In this document: piece after piece, positions 9,317 through 18,539 of the stretch
Layout: each line of letters starts with the position of its first letter
How positions within the stretch are numbered: position 1 is the first letter of the stretch
NCBI GenBank assembly: GCA_963720545.1
Contig: OY970399.1
Span: 96,001 to 160,000 of the forward strand
From: an uncultured Acidobacteriota bacterium
Lineage (GTDB): Bacteria; Acidobacteriota; Vicinamibacteria; Fen-336
DNA: 64,000 nt
Reading direction: 5' to 3'
Notes under the pieces: model-generated
The model's input: only the letters and a program-made list of their open reading frames with translations
Database searches by the model: none
Told to the model about the DNA's origin: nothing
Made by a program: the position numbers and the translations under genes

Positions 9317-12300
9317 ATGAGGCGTGGCTCGATTCTTCTGCTGGTTGCGTTCCTGCTCAGTGCGGCGAACGCCATGGCACAACGTTCGACGGCGACGCTG
9401 CGGGGCACGGTCACCGACCCGACCCAGGCGATCGTGGCCGGCGCCAAGGTGGTCATCCTCAACGAAGCCACGGGCTTCACCCGCACCACAGTAACGAACA
9501 ACGACGGCCTCTACACCTTCGCCGACGTGCCCACCGGCTCCTACCGCGTGGACGTCAACCACGCGGGGTTCAAGGCCGAGGTGCGCAGCAAGCTGCAGTT
9601 GAACGTCGCCGACGTCCGGGTGCTGAACGTCCAGCTCACCACCGGCGACGTGGCCGAGGTGGTGAACGTCGATGCCTCGGCGCAGCAGGTCCGCACTGTG
9701 GGCGGTGAGGTGTCGGGCCTCGTCACCGGTGAGCAGGTGCGCCAGCTGCCCCTCAACGGCCGCAACTTCCTGCAGCTCGCCACCCTCATGCCGGGCGTCA
9801 GTTCGCCCGACTTCCTGAACGTCAAGGACAAGGGCCTGCTCGGCGGTTCGGACCTGTCGGTGAGCGGCGGCGGCGTCACCTCGAACATGTGGACGGTGGA
9901 CGGCGCCAACAACAACGACGTCGGCTCGAACCGCACCATCCTTGTTTATCCCTCTCTCGAGGCGATCGAGGAGTTCAAGATCCATCGCAACAGCTACGGC
10001 GCCGAGTTCGGCGGCGCGTCGGGCGCGCAGATCAACATCGTCACCCGCACCGGCCAGAACGAGTTCCACGGCGACCTGTTCTATTCCGGCCGGCGCGACT
10101 CGCTCAACTCCACCAACTATTTCCTCGAGCAGGCGGGCCAGCCCAAGGAAAACCTGAAGCGCAACGACTTCGGCTGGACCTTCAGCGGTCCGATCATGAA
10201 GGACAAGCTGCATTTCTTCGTGTCGCAGGAGTGGAACCGGGAGCTGCGCGGCAGCGTCCGCACCGCGCAGGTGCCGACGGCGCTCGAGCGCACCGGCGAC
10301 TTCAGTCAGACGGTCGCCGGGGTGTGCGGCGCGAACATTCCCATCGATCCCCTCACCGGCCAGGCTTTCCCAGGTAACGTGATCCCGGCCAACCGGCTGA
10401 GCCCGGGTGGCGCGCTCTACACGCAGCTCTTCCCGCTGCCCAACACCAACCCCGGATCGGGCTGCAACAACTGGGTCGCGTCGCTCGATTCGCCCATCAA
10501 CTGGCGGCAGGAAAACATCCGCCTCGACTGGACCCTGAGCCCCAAGAGCCGAATCATGTTGCGCTACACCCAGGACGCCTGGGTGAACGGCGCGCCCAAC
10601 CTCTACAGCAACCTGTGGGGCGACGACCCGTTCCCGGCGGTCGATTCGAACTGGGACCAGCCCGGCCGCTCGGTCACCGCGCAGTTGACGCAGAACATCG
10701 GCTCGTCGGCGGTGAACACGCTCTCCTTCTCCTACTCGTCCAATAGCATCACGGTGACGCGGGGCGGCGACAATCCGGGGTTGAGCGGGCAGCTGAATGC
10801 GGCGATTCCGTCGCTCTTCCCCGACAGCATCCGCGAGTACGGTGCCGAGCGCGGCCATCCGCTCTTCTGGGGCGGCTTCGGGTACGGCAACAACCTCTGG
10901 AACGAGGCGCCCTTCCGCAACAACCAGGACCTGTTCATCCTGAAGAACGACTATTCGGTGGTGTTCGGCAACCACTTCCTCAAGGTGGGCGCCATCGCCA
11001 GCATGAACAAGAAGAACGAGGACTCGCTGGGGAACGGCTCCAATGAGAGCCCGCAGTTCTGGGGTTCGGCGGGCCTCGCTGGCAACGGCGGCAGCACCGG
11101 CAGCGGCCTCGGCGACCTGTTGCTCCGCGACATGACCTTCGGCTTCTCCGAGTTCTCCAACCAGCGTCCGGTGCCGCAGCGCTGGAAGGATCTCGAGTTC
11201 TACGTCGCCGATTCGTGGAAGCTGAACTCGCGCATGTCTCTCGACCTCGGCGTGCGCTACTCGAACTTCTGGAACGCGTATGCCAACGACGACCGCGCGG
11301 CCTCGTTCGACCCGGCGGCCTACAACCCGGCGCTGGCGGGCGATCCGTGCAACGGCCTGCTGTTCGTTCCCGGCTCCACGTTCTGCCGCGACGGCGGCTT
11401 CGCCGGCGGCACCGATGCACCGAACCGCTCCCTGTACCCGCAGGACCTCAACCTGTTGGCACCGCGTGTCGGCTTCGCCTGGGACGTCAACGGGGACGGC
11501 AAGACCGCGGTCCGCGCCGGCTTCGGGAAGTTCTACCTGCGCGAGCGCCTCAGCCCTGGCCTCAACATCGCCGGCAACCCGCCGTTCAGCTTCCTGCGCA
11601 CCGGCACCCGCTTCCTCGACAGCATCGTCGAGCCGTGCGCCGGCTGCTTCGGCGTCTCGAACGGGCGTGCCACCGCCGGCCGCGAACAGCGTTCGGCGAC
11701 CCCCTACAACTACCAGTGGAACGTCAGCGTCGAACGCGAGATCCTGCCGAACACGGTCTTCGAACTCGGCTATGTCGGCAGCAAGGGCAAGAACCTGCTG
11801 AAGACCCGCGACATCAACCAGGTGGCCGAAGGCGACAGCAACGGCAATGGCATCGGCGACCGCGTCGAGTGGGCGCTGCTCGGCGATGGAGGAGCGGCAG
11901 TGCGGCCGTTCCCGTCGATCGGCGGCCGTATCACGTTCTGGGACCACAGCGGCAGCTCGATCTACCACTCCTTGCAGACGCAGCTGCGCAGCCACTTCGG
12001 CCGCGGCTCGCAGTTGCAGGCGTCCTACACCTGGTCGCGCACGATCGCCAACGAGCCGCTCGACAACTCCGACGGCAACCTGTCGGCGACCGTGACAGTG
12101 CTCGACGACCGCCTCGACCGCGGCCTCGCGCAGACGCACCGCAAGCACATCGCGAACGCGAGCCTGGTGTTGAACCTGCCCCTGCTCGAAGACAAGTCGC
12201 CTCTGGTACGCCACCTCTTCGGCGACTGGCAGGTGGCGACCATCGCCCAGTACGCTTCCGGGCAGGCGCTCACGTTCTTCGCCGGAAGCATTCCGGGGCT

Positions 12301-12757
12301 GCAGGGCGGAATCAGCGGCACGGGTTACGTCGACAACCAGCGGCCCAACCGCGTCCCCGGCGTTTCCTGCGCGGCGCCCGCGGGCAGCCCGAAGGAGCAG
12401 ATCATCAACCCGGCCGCCTTCACCATCGTCGGGATGCGGATCGGCGACCTCGGCGACTCCGGCCGCGGCGTTTGCGAAGGCCCCGACTACAAGCAGGTGG
12501 ACTTCTCGCTCTACAAGAACATCCGCCTCAACGCGAAAATCCGCATGCAGCTGCGCTTCGACGTCTTCAACATCTTCAACCGCGTGAACTTCGTGGGTAC
12601 GGGCGGCAACGGCGTGCAAAACGTCATGAGCCCCAGCGACGTCACCTTCGACGCAAACGGTGTCGTCACCAGCGCCACCTCGCAGCCAAGCTTCGGCCAG
12701 GCCCGCCTCACCAAGGATCCGCGCCAGGCGCAGTTCGGGATCAAGCTGAGCTTCTGA
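9317..12757 (+). CDS. Oar-like TonB-dependent receptor with N-terminal carboxypeptidase-regulatory-like domain
   Basis: GTVTDPTQAIVAGAKV, LPLNGRNFLQL, IEEFKI..NSYGAEFG; C-terminal PRQAQFGIKLSF (outer-membrane Phe). Confidence 0.93.
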   Translation: MRRGSILLLVAFLLSAANAMAQRSTATLRGTVTDPTQAIVAGAKVVILNEATGFTRTTVTNNDGLYTFADVPTGSYRVDVNHAGFKAEVRSKLQLNVADVRVLNVQLTTGDVAEVVNVDASAQQVRTVGGEVSGLVTGEQVRQLPLNGRNFLQLATLMPGVSSPDFLNVKDKGLLGGSDLSVSGGGVTSNMWTVDGANNNDVGSNRTILVYPSLEAIEEFKIHRNSYGAEFGGASGAQINIVTRTGQNEFHGDLFYSGRRDSLNSTNYFLEQAGQPKENLKRNDFGWTFSGPIMKDKLHFFVSQEWNRELRGSVRTAQVPTALERTGDFSQTVAGVCGANIPIDPLTGQAFPGNVIPANRLSPGGALYTQLFPLPNTNPGSGCNNWVASLDSPINWRQENIRLDWTLSPKSRIMLRYTQDAWVNGAPNLYSNLWGDDPFPAVDSNWDQPGRSVTAQLTQNIGSSAVNTLSFSYSSNSITVTRGGDNPGLSGQLNAAIPSLFPDSIREYGAERGHPLFWGGFGYGNNLWNEAPFRNNQDLFILKNDYSVVFGNHFLKVGAIASMNKKNEDSLGNGSNESPQFWGSAGLAGNGGSTGSGLGDLLLRDMTFGFSEFSNQRPVPQRWKDLEFYVADSWKLNSRMSLDLGVRYSNFWNAYANDDRAASFDPAAYNPALAGDPCNGLLFVPGSTFCRDGGFAGGTDAPNRSLYPQDLNLLAPRVGFAWDVNGDGKTAVRAGFGKFYLRERLSPGLNIAGNPPFSFLRTGTRFLDSIVEPCAGCFGVSNGRATAGREQRSATPYNYQWNVSVEREILPNTVFELGYVGSKGKNLLKTRDINQVAEGDSNGNGIGDRVEWALLGDGGAAVRPFPSIGGRITFWDHSGSSIYHSLQTQLRSHFGRGSQLQASYTWSRTIANEPLDNSDGNLSATVTVLDDRLDRGLAQTHRKHIANASLVLNLPLLEDKSPLVRHLFGDWQVATIAQYASGQALTFFAGSIPGLQGGISGTGYVDNQRPNRVPGVSCAAPAGSPKEQIINPAAFTIVGMRIGDLGDSGRGVCEGPDYKQVDFSLYKNIRLNAKIRMQLRFDVFNIFNRVNFVGTGGNGVQNVMSPSDVTFDANGVVTSATSQPSFGQARLTKDPRQAQFGIKLSF

Positions 12758-12766
12758 TGGCGTAAC

Positions 12767-12800
12767 GTCGCCTCCTTGCGGCATTCGACAAGGAGGCGAC
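12767..12800 (+). other. Perfect 12-bp stem-loop covering the Shine-Dalgarno of the next gene
   Basis: GTCGCCTCCTTG (12767-12778) / CAAGGAGGCGAC (12789-12800); ATG at 12802; no U-tract. Confidence 0.75.
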
Positions 12801-12801
12801 A

Positions 12802-13515
12802 ATGAGAAGCATGCTTGCGGCAGCGGCCGCGCTGGTACTCGGCGCGGCGCTTGCAGCAGCAGACCAGCAGGCGCAACCGATGCCACTGGCAGGCGCACCA
12901 CCCGCGGCGATGCGCGGCGACGTGCTTTACCGCGTCACGCTCCTGCGCGCGGCTCCGGGGCGCCTCCTCGACCTCGTGGACGCGGTGCGCGGCAAATCCC
13001 CATGGATTTACCGCCACTCCCAGGGCGATCATTGGGACATGATGGTCCTTCGCCCCGCCGGCGACTACGCGAAGCACCTGGCCGCCGGGGCCGGCGCTGC
13101 GCTCGCTCCCGAAGAGCTGGTGGCGTGGCAGGAGGAGGAGTTCTACCGTGGCCCCGACCTCGCGCGGCATCCCGGCATCACCGCGGCGGGGCTCGCGCAC
13201 ATCGAGATATTTCATGCGCTCGCCGGCAAGCGGGCCGAGCTTGTGAAGGAGCGCGAGATGGAGAACGCGTTCCTGGCGGCGACCGGTGAGCCGCAAAACG
13301 CCATCTTCGTCCGCGAGCTGGGCGCCTCGTGGGATGCGTTCACGCTCGGCGTCTACCGCGACTGGCACCACTACGCCGAATCGCAGGACGTGCCCGCCGA
13401 CAAGTTGGAGCAGGCCGCGACGGCCGCCGGCTTTTCCGGCCGTGCCGGCATCGGACCCTACCTGCGCGCACTGATCCTCGACCACCACGACACGCTCGCG
13501 GTGCCGGTGCGCTAG
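12802..13515 (+). CDS. Secreted hypothetical protein (possibly two NIPSNAP-like alpha+beta barrel repeats)
   Basis: Signal peptide; AAGGAGG RBS; two similar segments (LLRAAPGRLLDLV / IFHALAGKRAELV). Confidence 0.7.
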   Translation: MRSMLAAAAALVLGAALAAADQQAQPMPLAGAPPAAMRGDVLYRVTLLRAAPGRLLDLVDAVRGKSPWIYRHSQGDHWDMMVLRPAGDYAKHLAAGAGAALAPEELVAWQEEEFYRGPDLARHPGITAAGLAHIEIFHALAGKRAELVKEREMENAFLAATGEPQNAIFVRELGASWDAFTLGVYRDWHHYAESQDVPADKLEQAATAAGFSGRAGIGPYLRALILDHHDTLAVPVR

Positions 13516-13517
13516 AG

Positions 13518-14489
13518 GTGCGGCCCGGTCTGGCGTGCGCGGCGCTCGCGGGACTCCTGCTGGGCCAGGGACGCGCGGCGGCGGCGCAGGCGGCTCATAG
13601 CGCCATCATCGAGGCGAGCGGTTCTGTGATCGATCTCGAGGTCACGGGCACCGTCACGATCGCGCAGGCGATGCTGGAAGGCTGGATCAAGGCGGCGGCC
13701 GCCAACATCGCCGGCTATTTCGGCAAGTTCCCGGTGCCGCGCGTGCGCCTGCGGGTGCGCGCGGGCGGCTCGGGCGTTGGCCACGGCGTCACCTACGGCA
13801 CCGACGTGCCGCTGATCCGCATCTCGATCGGCTCCGACACCGAACAGGCCGACCTCGACGACGACTGGGTGCTGACCCACGAGTTCGCGCACATGGGCCT
13901 GCCCGACCTCACGAGCGACGACCGCTGGGCCGAGGAGGGCCTTGCCACCTACGTCGAATCGGTGGCGCGCGTGCGCGCCGGCAGGCTCAGCGAAGCCGCC
14001 ATGTGGGCCGGCCTGGTGCGCGGCATGCCGCAGGGGCTGCCGCGCTCGACGAGCGACGTCCTGCACGAGAACCACAGCTGGGGCCGCACCTACTGGGGCG
14101 GGGCGCTCTTCTGGCTGGTCGCCGACGTCCGCATCCGGGAACGGACCGGCGGGGCCCACACGCTCGCCGAGGCGCAGCGCGGCCTCCTCAAGGCTGGCGG
14201 CGACATCCGCGCCGACTGGGATCTCACCAGGACTCTCGAGGTCGCCGACCGCGCCATCGGCGGGCGCATCCTCCAGGACCTGTACGCCGAGATGGCGCTG
14301 CATGCCGCGCCCTTCGATCTCGATGCGTTGTGGCGCGACCTCGGCATCGTGGCGCAGCGCACCGGGCGCAGCGTGTCGTTCGACGAACGCGCGCGGCTGG
14401 CTTCGATCCGCCGCGCGATCAGCGGCGGCCGCGCTTCGACTTCAACCCGTGCCGGGCTTGTGCTTCCTCCACCGAGTGCGACTCGGTGA
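13518..14489 (+). CDS. Secreted HExxH zinc metallopeptidase-like protein (gluzincin/M61-like)
   Basis: WVLTHEFAH...WAEEGLATY...RTYWGGALF; start moved to GTG 13518, before the signal peptide. Confidence 0.75.
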   Translation: MRPGLACAALAGLLLGQGRAAAAQAAHSAIIEASGSVIDLEVTGTVTIAQAMLEGWIKAAAANIAGYFGKFPVPRVRLRVRAGGSGVGHGVTYGTDVPLIRISIGSDTEQADLDDDWVLTHEFAHMGLPDLTSDDRWAEEGLATYVESVARVRAGRLSEAAMWAGLVRGMPQGLPRSTSDVLHENHSWGRTYWGGALFWLVADVRIRERTGGAHTLAEAQRGLLKAGGDIRADWDLTRTLEVADRAIGGRILQDLYAEMALHAAPFDLDALWRDLGIVAQRTGRSVSFDERARLASIRRAISGGRASTSTRAGLVLPPPSATR

Positions 14490-14883
14490 TCGCCATTTCC
14501 TTCGCCGCGAGGGCCGACAGCGCGCGGTAGTGGGTGTGCAGCACAGCCATTTCCGCCTCGTTCAGGTCTTCGACCGTCACCAGGCGGTTGCTCGCACCCT
14601 CGAGGGCGGCGACCAGCTCCGAGAGCTTCAGGTGGATGGCGAGCGAGTCCTTGTTCTGCTGGCGCTGGATGAGGAACACCATCAGGAACGTGACGATGGT
14701 GGTGCCGGTGTTGATGACCAGCTGCCAGGTGTCCGAGTAGTCGAAGAGCGGCCCGGTCACCACCCAGATCGCGACAATCGAGACCGCAAGCAGGAATGCC
14801 GCGGTCGTGCCGCTGAAGCGCGTGGCGGCGCCCGCGAGCCGCTCGGCGAGGTTCGTGTTGCGCGCGACTTTCTTGTTGGCCAT
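14419..14883 (-). CDS. Low-affinity iron permease (Fet4-like) family protein
   Basis: Signature WQLVINTGTTIVTFLMVFLIQ..QNKDSLAIHLKL. Confidence 0.9.
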   Translation of the reverse strand: MANKKVARNTNLAERLAGAATRFSGTTAAFLLAVSIVAIWVVTGPLFDYSDTWQLVINTGTTIVTFLMVFLIQRQQNKDSLAIHLKLSELVAALEGASNRLVTVEDLNEAEMAVLHTHYRALSALAAKEMAITESHSVEEAQARHGLKSKRGRR

Positions 14884-14923
14884 GGCCAGCAGGGTAGCCG
14901 AAACGCTCGTCTATAGTGCCGGC

Positions 14924-15319
14924 ATGGCACGCTTCTGGCCGTTCGTCCTCGTCGGTGCCGGCTCCGCCATCGGCGGCATGCTGCGGTTCGCCGTGGGTCG
15001 TGCGATCGGCGCAGGGGCCGGCGGCTTTCCGCTCAGCACCTTCCTCATCAACGTGTCCGGCTCGTTCGTGCTCGGGCTGCTCGGCGGCATGCTGGCGCAC
15101 CGCGGTGGCGGCGGCTTCGACGCGGATGCCGTGCGCCTGGCCATAGGCGTCGGCTTCTGCGGTGGCTTCACCACCTTTTCGGCATTCGAGATCGAGACCC
15201 ACGACCTGCTCGCCGGCGGCGGGCGCTTCGTCGCCACGGCGTACGTCGTGCTGAGCGTGGTCGTCGGCCTCCTGGCAGTGCGCGCCGGGCTTGTGGCCGC
15301 TTCCGCGTTGCGCGGCTAG
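14924..15319 (+). CDS. crcB: Fluoride efflux channel CrcB/Fluc
   Basis: GSAIGGMLRF, FPLSTFLINVSGSF, GFCGGFTTFSAF; start moved to ATG 14924. Confidence 0.92.
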   Translation: MARFWPFVLVGAGSAIGGMLRFAVGRAIGAGAGGFPLSTFLINVSGSFVLGLLGGMLAHRGGGGFDADAVRLAIGVGFCGGFTTFSAFEIETHDLLAGGGRFVATAYVVLSVVVGLLAVRAGLVAASALRG

Positions 15320-15909
15320 AGCAGTTCGGCGCGGGCCTGGCGGGCGCGGGCCGCGCCGATCGCGGTCTTGACGGCCTTTTCCTTCTCGGGCGGCGGGATC
15401 ACGGCCGGCATCCCGAGATGCTGGATCCACAACTCGCGCGACCAGCCCTGGCCGAGGTAGAGGTGCTCGTGCTGCTCGCTCTCCACCGCGTCATAGGCGG
15501 TCTTGAGCGCGCGGCTCTCGCCGTTCCGCGCCTTGCCCGCCGCTTCGCCGATGAGGTCCCAGTTGTGGAAGTTGCGCGTCTCGGCCATCACGATGCACTC
15601 AGCAGCGACCACTTCCGCCGCGACCCGGTCGCGGCTGTCGAGTGCCGCTTCCATGGCTTTCGTCAGGCACTCGCCGATGTGCTTAGAAAAGGTGCGGCCG
15701 GCGGTCTCCACGTCGGGATCGATGCCGAGCGTCTGGCACAGCTCGATCGCGACCTGCGCGTGCTGCCGGGTGTGGCCGAGGTAGCTCTGCCACTCCTTCT
15801 TGAGCCGTTCATTCTGCACGCAGCGCAGCGCCATCTCATAGACCCGGGCGCACGACCGTTCCGATTCGATCGCCTGATAGATCAGATCGTGCAGTTGCTT
15901 CTTCTCCAC
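15316..15909 (-). CDS. Ferritin-like four-helix-bundle protein
   Basis: LIYQAIESE..VYE, HTRQH, ESEQHEHLY carboxylate/His pattern. Confidence 0.7.
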   Translation of the reverse strand: MEKKQLHDLIYQAIESERSCARVYEMALRCVQNERLKKEWQSYLGHTRQHAQVAIELCQTLGIDPDVETAGRTFSKHIGECLTKAMEAALDSRDRVAAEVVAAECIVMAETRNFHNWDLIGEAAGKARNGESRALKTAYDAVESEQHEHLYLGQGWSRELWIQHLGMPAVIPPPEKEKAVKTAIGAARARQARAELL

Positions 15910-15922
15910 GGAGAACCTCCAC

Positions 15923-15947
15923 TCGTCTGTATCAAATCGTCTGTATC
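15923..15947. repeat. 11-bp direct repeat TCGTCTGTATC x2 (period 14)
   Basis: 15923-15933 and 15937-15947, upstream of the ferritin-like gene. Confidence 0.8.
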
Positions 15948-16068
15948 GAAAAAGGAAAACGGGAATGACCGTGCCCGTGTCTTTAGCAAGGGCTGTGCCG
16001 GGCCGAAATCCCTGTAAGCCTTTGAAAACACAGGCCGGTGACTGGAGGTTTGTAGAAATGTTCTTTCG

Positions 16069-16374
16069 CTAGGAGCGCAGCAGCGAGACCACGAACTCGG
16101 CCGTGCCGGCCGGCCCGTCGAGGCTCACTCGCATGACGTCGTCGGCGTCCCAGCCGAGCGTGAACGACAGAAACGGACAGCAGCGGCGCTCCAGTCCGAT
16201 CCATTCGGCGAGGTCCCCAAAGGCGGCCGGCGAACGTGCGAAGCGCAGGGTCGTCGTCTCGCCGGACTGCTGAAGCTCGAGATGGTTGCGGCGCACCCAG
16301 TCGAGGAGAGCCTGCTGGCGCACGCGCTCGGCGGCGTCAAGCGCGTCCCGGTCGCATGCAATCGGCCGTGTCAT
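16069..16374 (-). CDS. Small hypothetical protein with IAC and ExxCCPF motifs (possible metal binding)
   Basis: C-terminal part of ORF 16069..17505; start at ATG 16374 overlapping the LOG stop (ATGA). Confidence 0.7.
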   Translation of the reverse strand: MTRPIACDRDALDAAERVRQQALLDWVRRNHLELQQSGETTTLRFARSPAAFGDLAEWIGLERRCCPFLSFTLGWDADDVMRVSLDGPAGTAEFVVSLLRS

Positions 16375-16937
16375 GACCACTTGTTGGCCGGCGGCGGCGC
16401 CGGCGACGCGACCAGCCGCAACGCCGACTCGACCGAGTCGGCAACCAGAATGAGGGAGCGGTTGCCGGCGTGCAGCAGGCCTTCGCGCACGGCACCGTCG
16501 AGGAAGTGCAGCAGCGGATCGAAGAAGCCGGCGATGTTGACGAGCACGCACGGCTTGGCGTGATAGCCGAGCTGAGCCCAGGTGAGCGCCTCGAAGAACT
16601 CGTCCATCGTGCCGTAGCCGCCCGGCAGCGCGATGAACGCGTCCGACAGCGTCGCCATCATCGCCTTGCGCTCGTGCATCGTCGTCACCAGGTGCAGCTG
16701 CGTGAGCCCGGTGTGCGCCACCTCGCGTTCCGCCATCGAGCGGGGCATGATGCCGATGACCGAGCCGCCGGCGGCGAGCGCCGCGTCGGCGACGGCCCCC
16801 ATGAGGCCGACGTGCGCGCCGCCGTAGACGACCCCAAGGCCGCGGCGGGCGAGGCTTGCACCGAGTTCGGTCGCGGCCGCCATGAACCGGGGGTCGCGGC
16901 CGCGGCTCGAGGCGCAGAAGACGCAGACACTCTTCAT
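16371..16937 (-). CDS. LOG family (TIGR00730) nucleotide phosphoribohydrolase
   Basis: VYGGAHVGLMG, MHERK, PGGYGTMDE. Confidence 0.93.
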   Translation of the reverse strand: MKSVCVFCASSRGRDPRFMAAATELGASLARRGLGVVYGGAHVGLMGAVADAALAAGGSVIGIMPRSMAEREVAHTGLTQLHLVTTMHERKAMMATLSDAFIALPGGYGTMDEFFEALTWAQLGYHAKPCVLVNIAGFFDPLLHFLDGAVREGLLHAGNRSLILVADSVESALRLVASPAPPPANKWS

Positions 16938-16982
16938 CGGGGTGCGGTGATTTTACGTCTGGCGCGCCCGCGAGGCTGGCCG

Positions 16983-18485
16983 CTAGTGAAGTGGGTAGGC
17001 CTCGAGCGTGCCGTTCACGTTGGGAAACACCACCACCGTCCCGCTGATTGCACCGGAGCCGGGGTAGCCGGAGACGAACGCGTCCACCGGTTTTTCGGCT
17101 GGCCGGCGCCAGCGGATGGCGCCTGTGGCGCGGTCGAGAGCCAGCACGCCGCCGGTGTGCGAGGTGGCGTACTTGCGCGCGCCGGCGGTGCCGACGAACA
17201 CGGTGTCCGAGGTGAGGGCCGGGGTGCCCCAGGCCCAGCCGAGGACATCCGTCTCCCAGCGCGGTTCGCCGCTGAGCGGATCGATGGCGCGCACCGCCCG
17301 CAGGTCGGAGGAGCCGACGTAGTAGGTGCCGTTTGCCAGCGCACCCGTCGCCTCCACCCACGAGAACCAGTGATAGCGCGCCCACTGCGGCTTGCCAGTC
17401 GCGGCGTCGAGCGCGGTGAGCCAGGAACTGCGGCTGCCCGCGAGCACGAAGTTGCCGGCGACAACGGGGGCCGAGGTCGCGGGGCCACCGGTGTCGAAGC
17501 GCCACAACTCCGCACCGCTGCGGCGATCGAGAGCGCGCACGAGGTTGTCCTGGGCGGCCACGAACACCCGGTCGTTCGCGACCGCGACGGCGGTGCGCAC
17601 CTTCGCGCCCACGGGATGCCTCCAGAGCGAATGGCCAGTGTCGGCCGCGAGCGCGTGCACGACACCGTCGGCGGAAACGACGTAGATGGTGTTGCCGGCG
17701 AGTACCGGCGTCGCGCCCTGGAAATCGAACTCAAACGCGTTTTCGCCTGGCAGCTCGCGCGGTGCTGTTTCCGGAGTGCCAAGCGTGGCGCGCCAGCGTT
17801 CCTTGCCCGTCCGACGGTCGAGGCAGTGCAGCACCGCGCCGTCGTCATAAACGAAGACGCTGTCACCGGCGACGAGTGGAGCGCCGTAGAGCGGCGCCCC
17901 GAGCGCAGCGACCCACGTGGGCTTGCCGGTTGCCGACGTCACGGCATGCATGCGGCCCCCCTTGTCGCCCGCGAACACGGTGCCGTCCGCGACCGCGACC
18001 GGCGCCCAGAGCGCGGCACCGGCCGCGTAGGACCAAACGGGCTGCGGTCCCGCCGGAATGGCCGGTTCTGGCGGCGCCTGCGGCAGGTCGCGTTCCCGGC
18101 GGGCGGTGAGGACGACGCGCGGGTCGCCCAGTTCGCCGCGCAGGGTCGCAGTGTCGCCTTGTCCCTCGCGGCGCAGCGTCACCTTCCAGTCGGGAAGCGC
18201 CCAGGTTCCGTCCGGCGCCATCTCGACGTAGCCGATCGCCATGCGCCACGCGTGCAGGGGCGGCAGCGTGGCGTAGAGCAGCACCCCGTGCTTCGCTTCG
18301 CTGAACTCGAGCCCCACGACCGCGGATTGCTTGCCGACGCTCGCATTGCCGAGCCAGGCGCCGAGGAGCGGCGTGGCTTCGGCAACCGTCGCGGGACGGC
18401 GCTCATGGGCGCGCAGCGCCGTGGCGGCGCTGAATACGATCAGCGCGCTGAACACACCTGCAAAAATTGAAGCGGTAGTTTTCAA
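16983..18485 (-). CDS. Secreted PQQ-like beta-propeller repeat protein
   Basis: Repeated ALDxxTGxxxW units; TTG 18485 preceded by GGAGG. Confidence 0.82.
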   Translation of the reverse strand: MKTTASIFAGVFSALIVFSAATALRAHERRPATVAEATPLLGAWLGNASVGKQSAVVGLEFSEAKHGVLLYATLPPLHAWRMAIGYVEMAPDGTWALPDWKVTLRREGQGDTATLRGELGDPRVVLTARRERDLPQAPPEPAIPAGPQPVWSYAAGAALWAPVAVADGTVFAGDKGGRMHAVTSATGKPTWVAALGAPLYGAPLVAGDSVFVYDDGAVLHCLDRRTGKERWRATLGTPETAPRELPGENAFEFDFQGATPVLAGNTIYVVSADGVVHALAADTGHSLWRHPVGAKVRTAVAVANDRVFVAAQDNLVRALDRRSGAELWRFDTGGPATSAPVVAGNFVLAGSRSSWLTALDAATGKPQWARYHWFSWVEATGALANGTYYVGSSDLRAVRAIDPLSGEPRWETDVLGWAWGTPALTSDTVFVGTAGARKYATSHTGGVLALDRATGAIRWRRPAEKPVDAFVSGYPGSGAISGTVVVFPNVNGTLEAYPLH

Positions 18486-18539
18486 CGGAGCCTCCACCGC
18501 AAGCAACGAACGTGACGCGGTGAAGGTTCGCTTTACCAG

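Noticed and set aside
9296..12901. Very long antisense ORFs (also 7224-9299, 41842-44718, 48983-51979, 32053-34701 and many shorter ones)
   Set aside because: Shadow frames of well-supported genes in high-GC DNA; no recognisable motifs
14884..14923. Fluoride riboswitch upstream of crcB
   Set aside because: The gap is only 40 bp, lacks the GGCGATGG-type core, and a -10 sits 6 nt from the ATG
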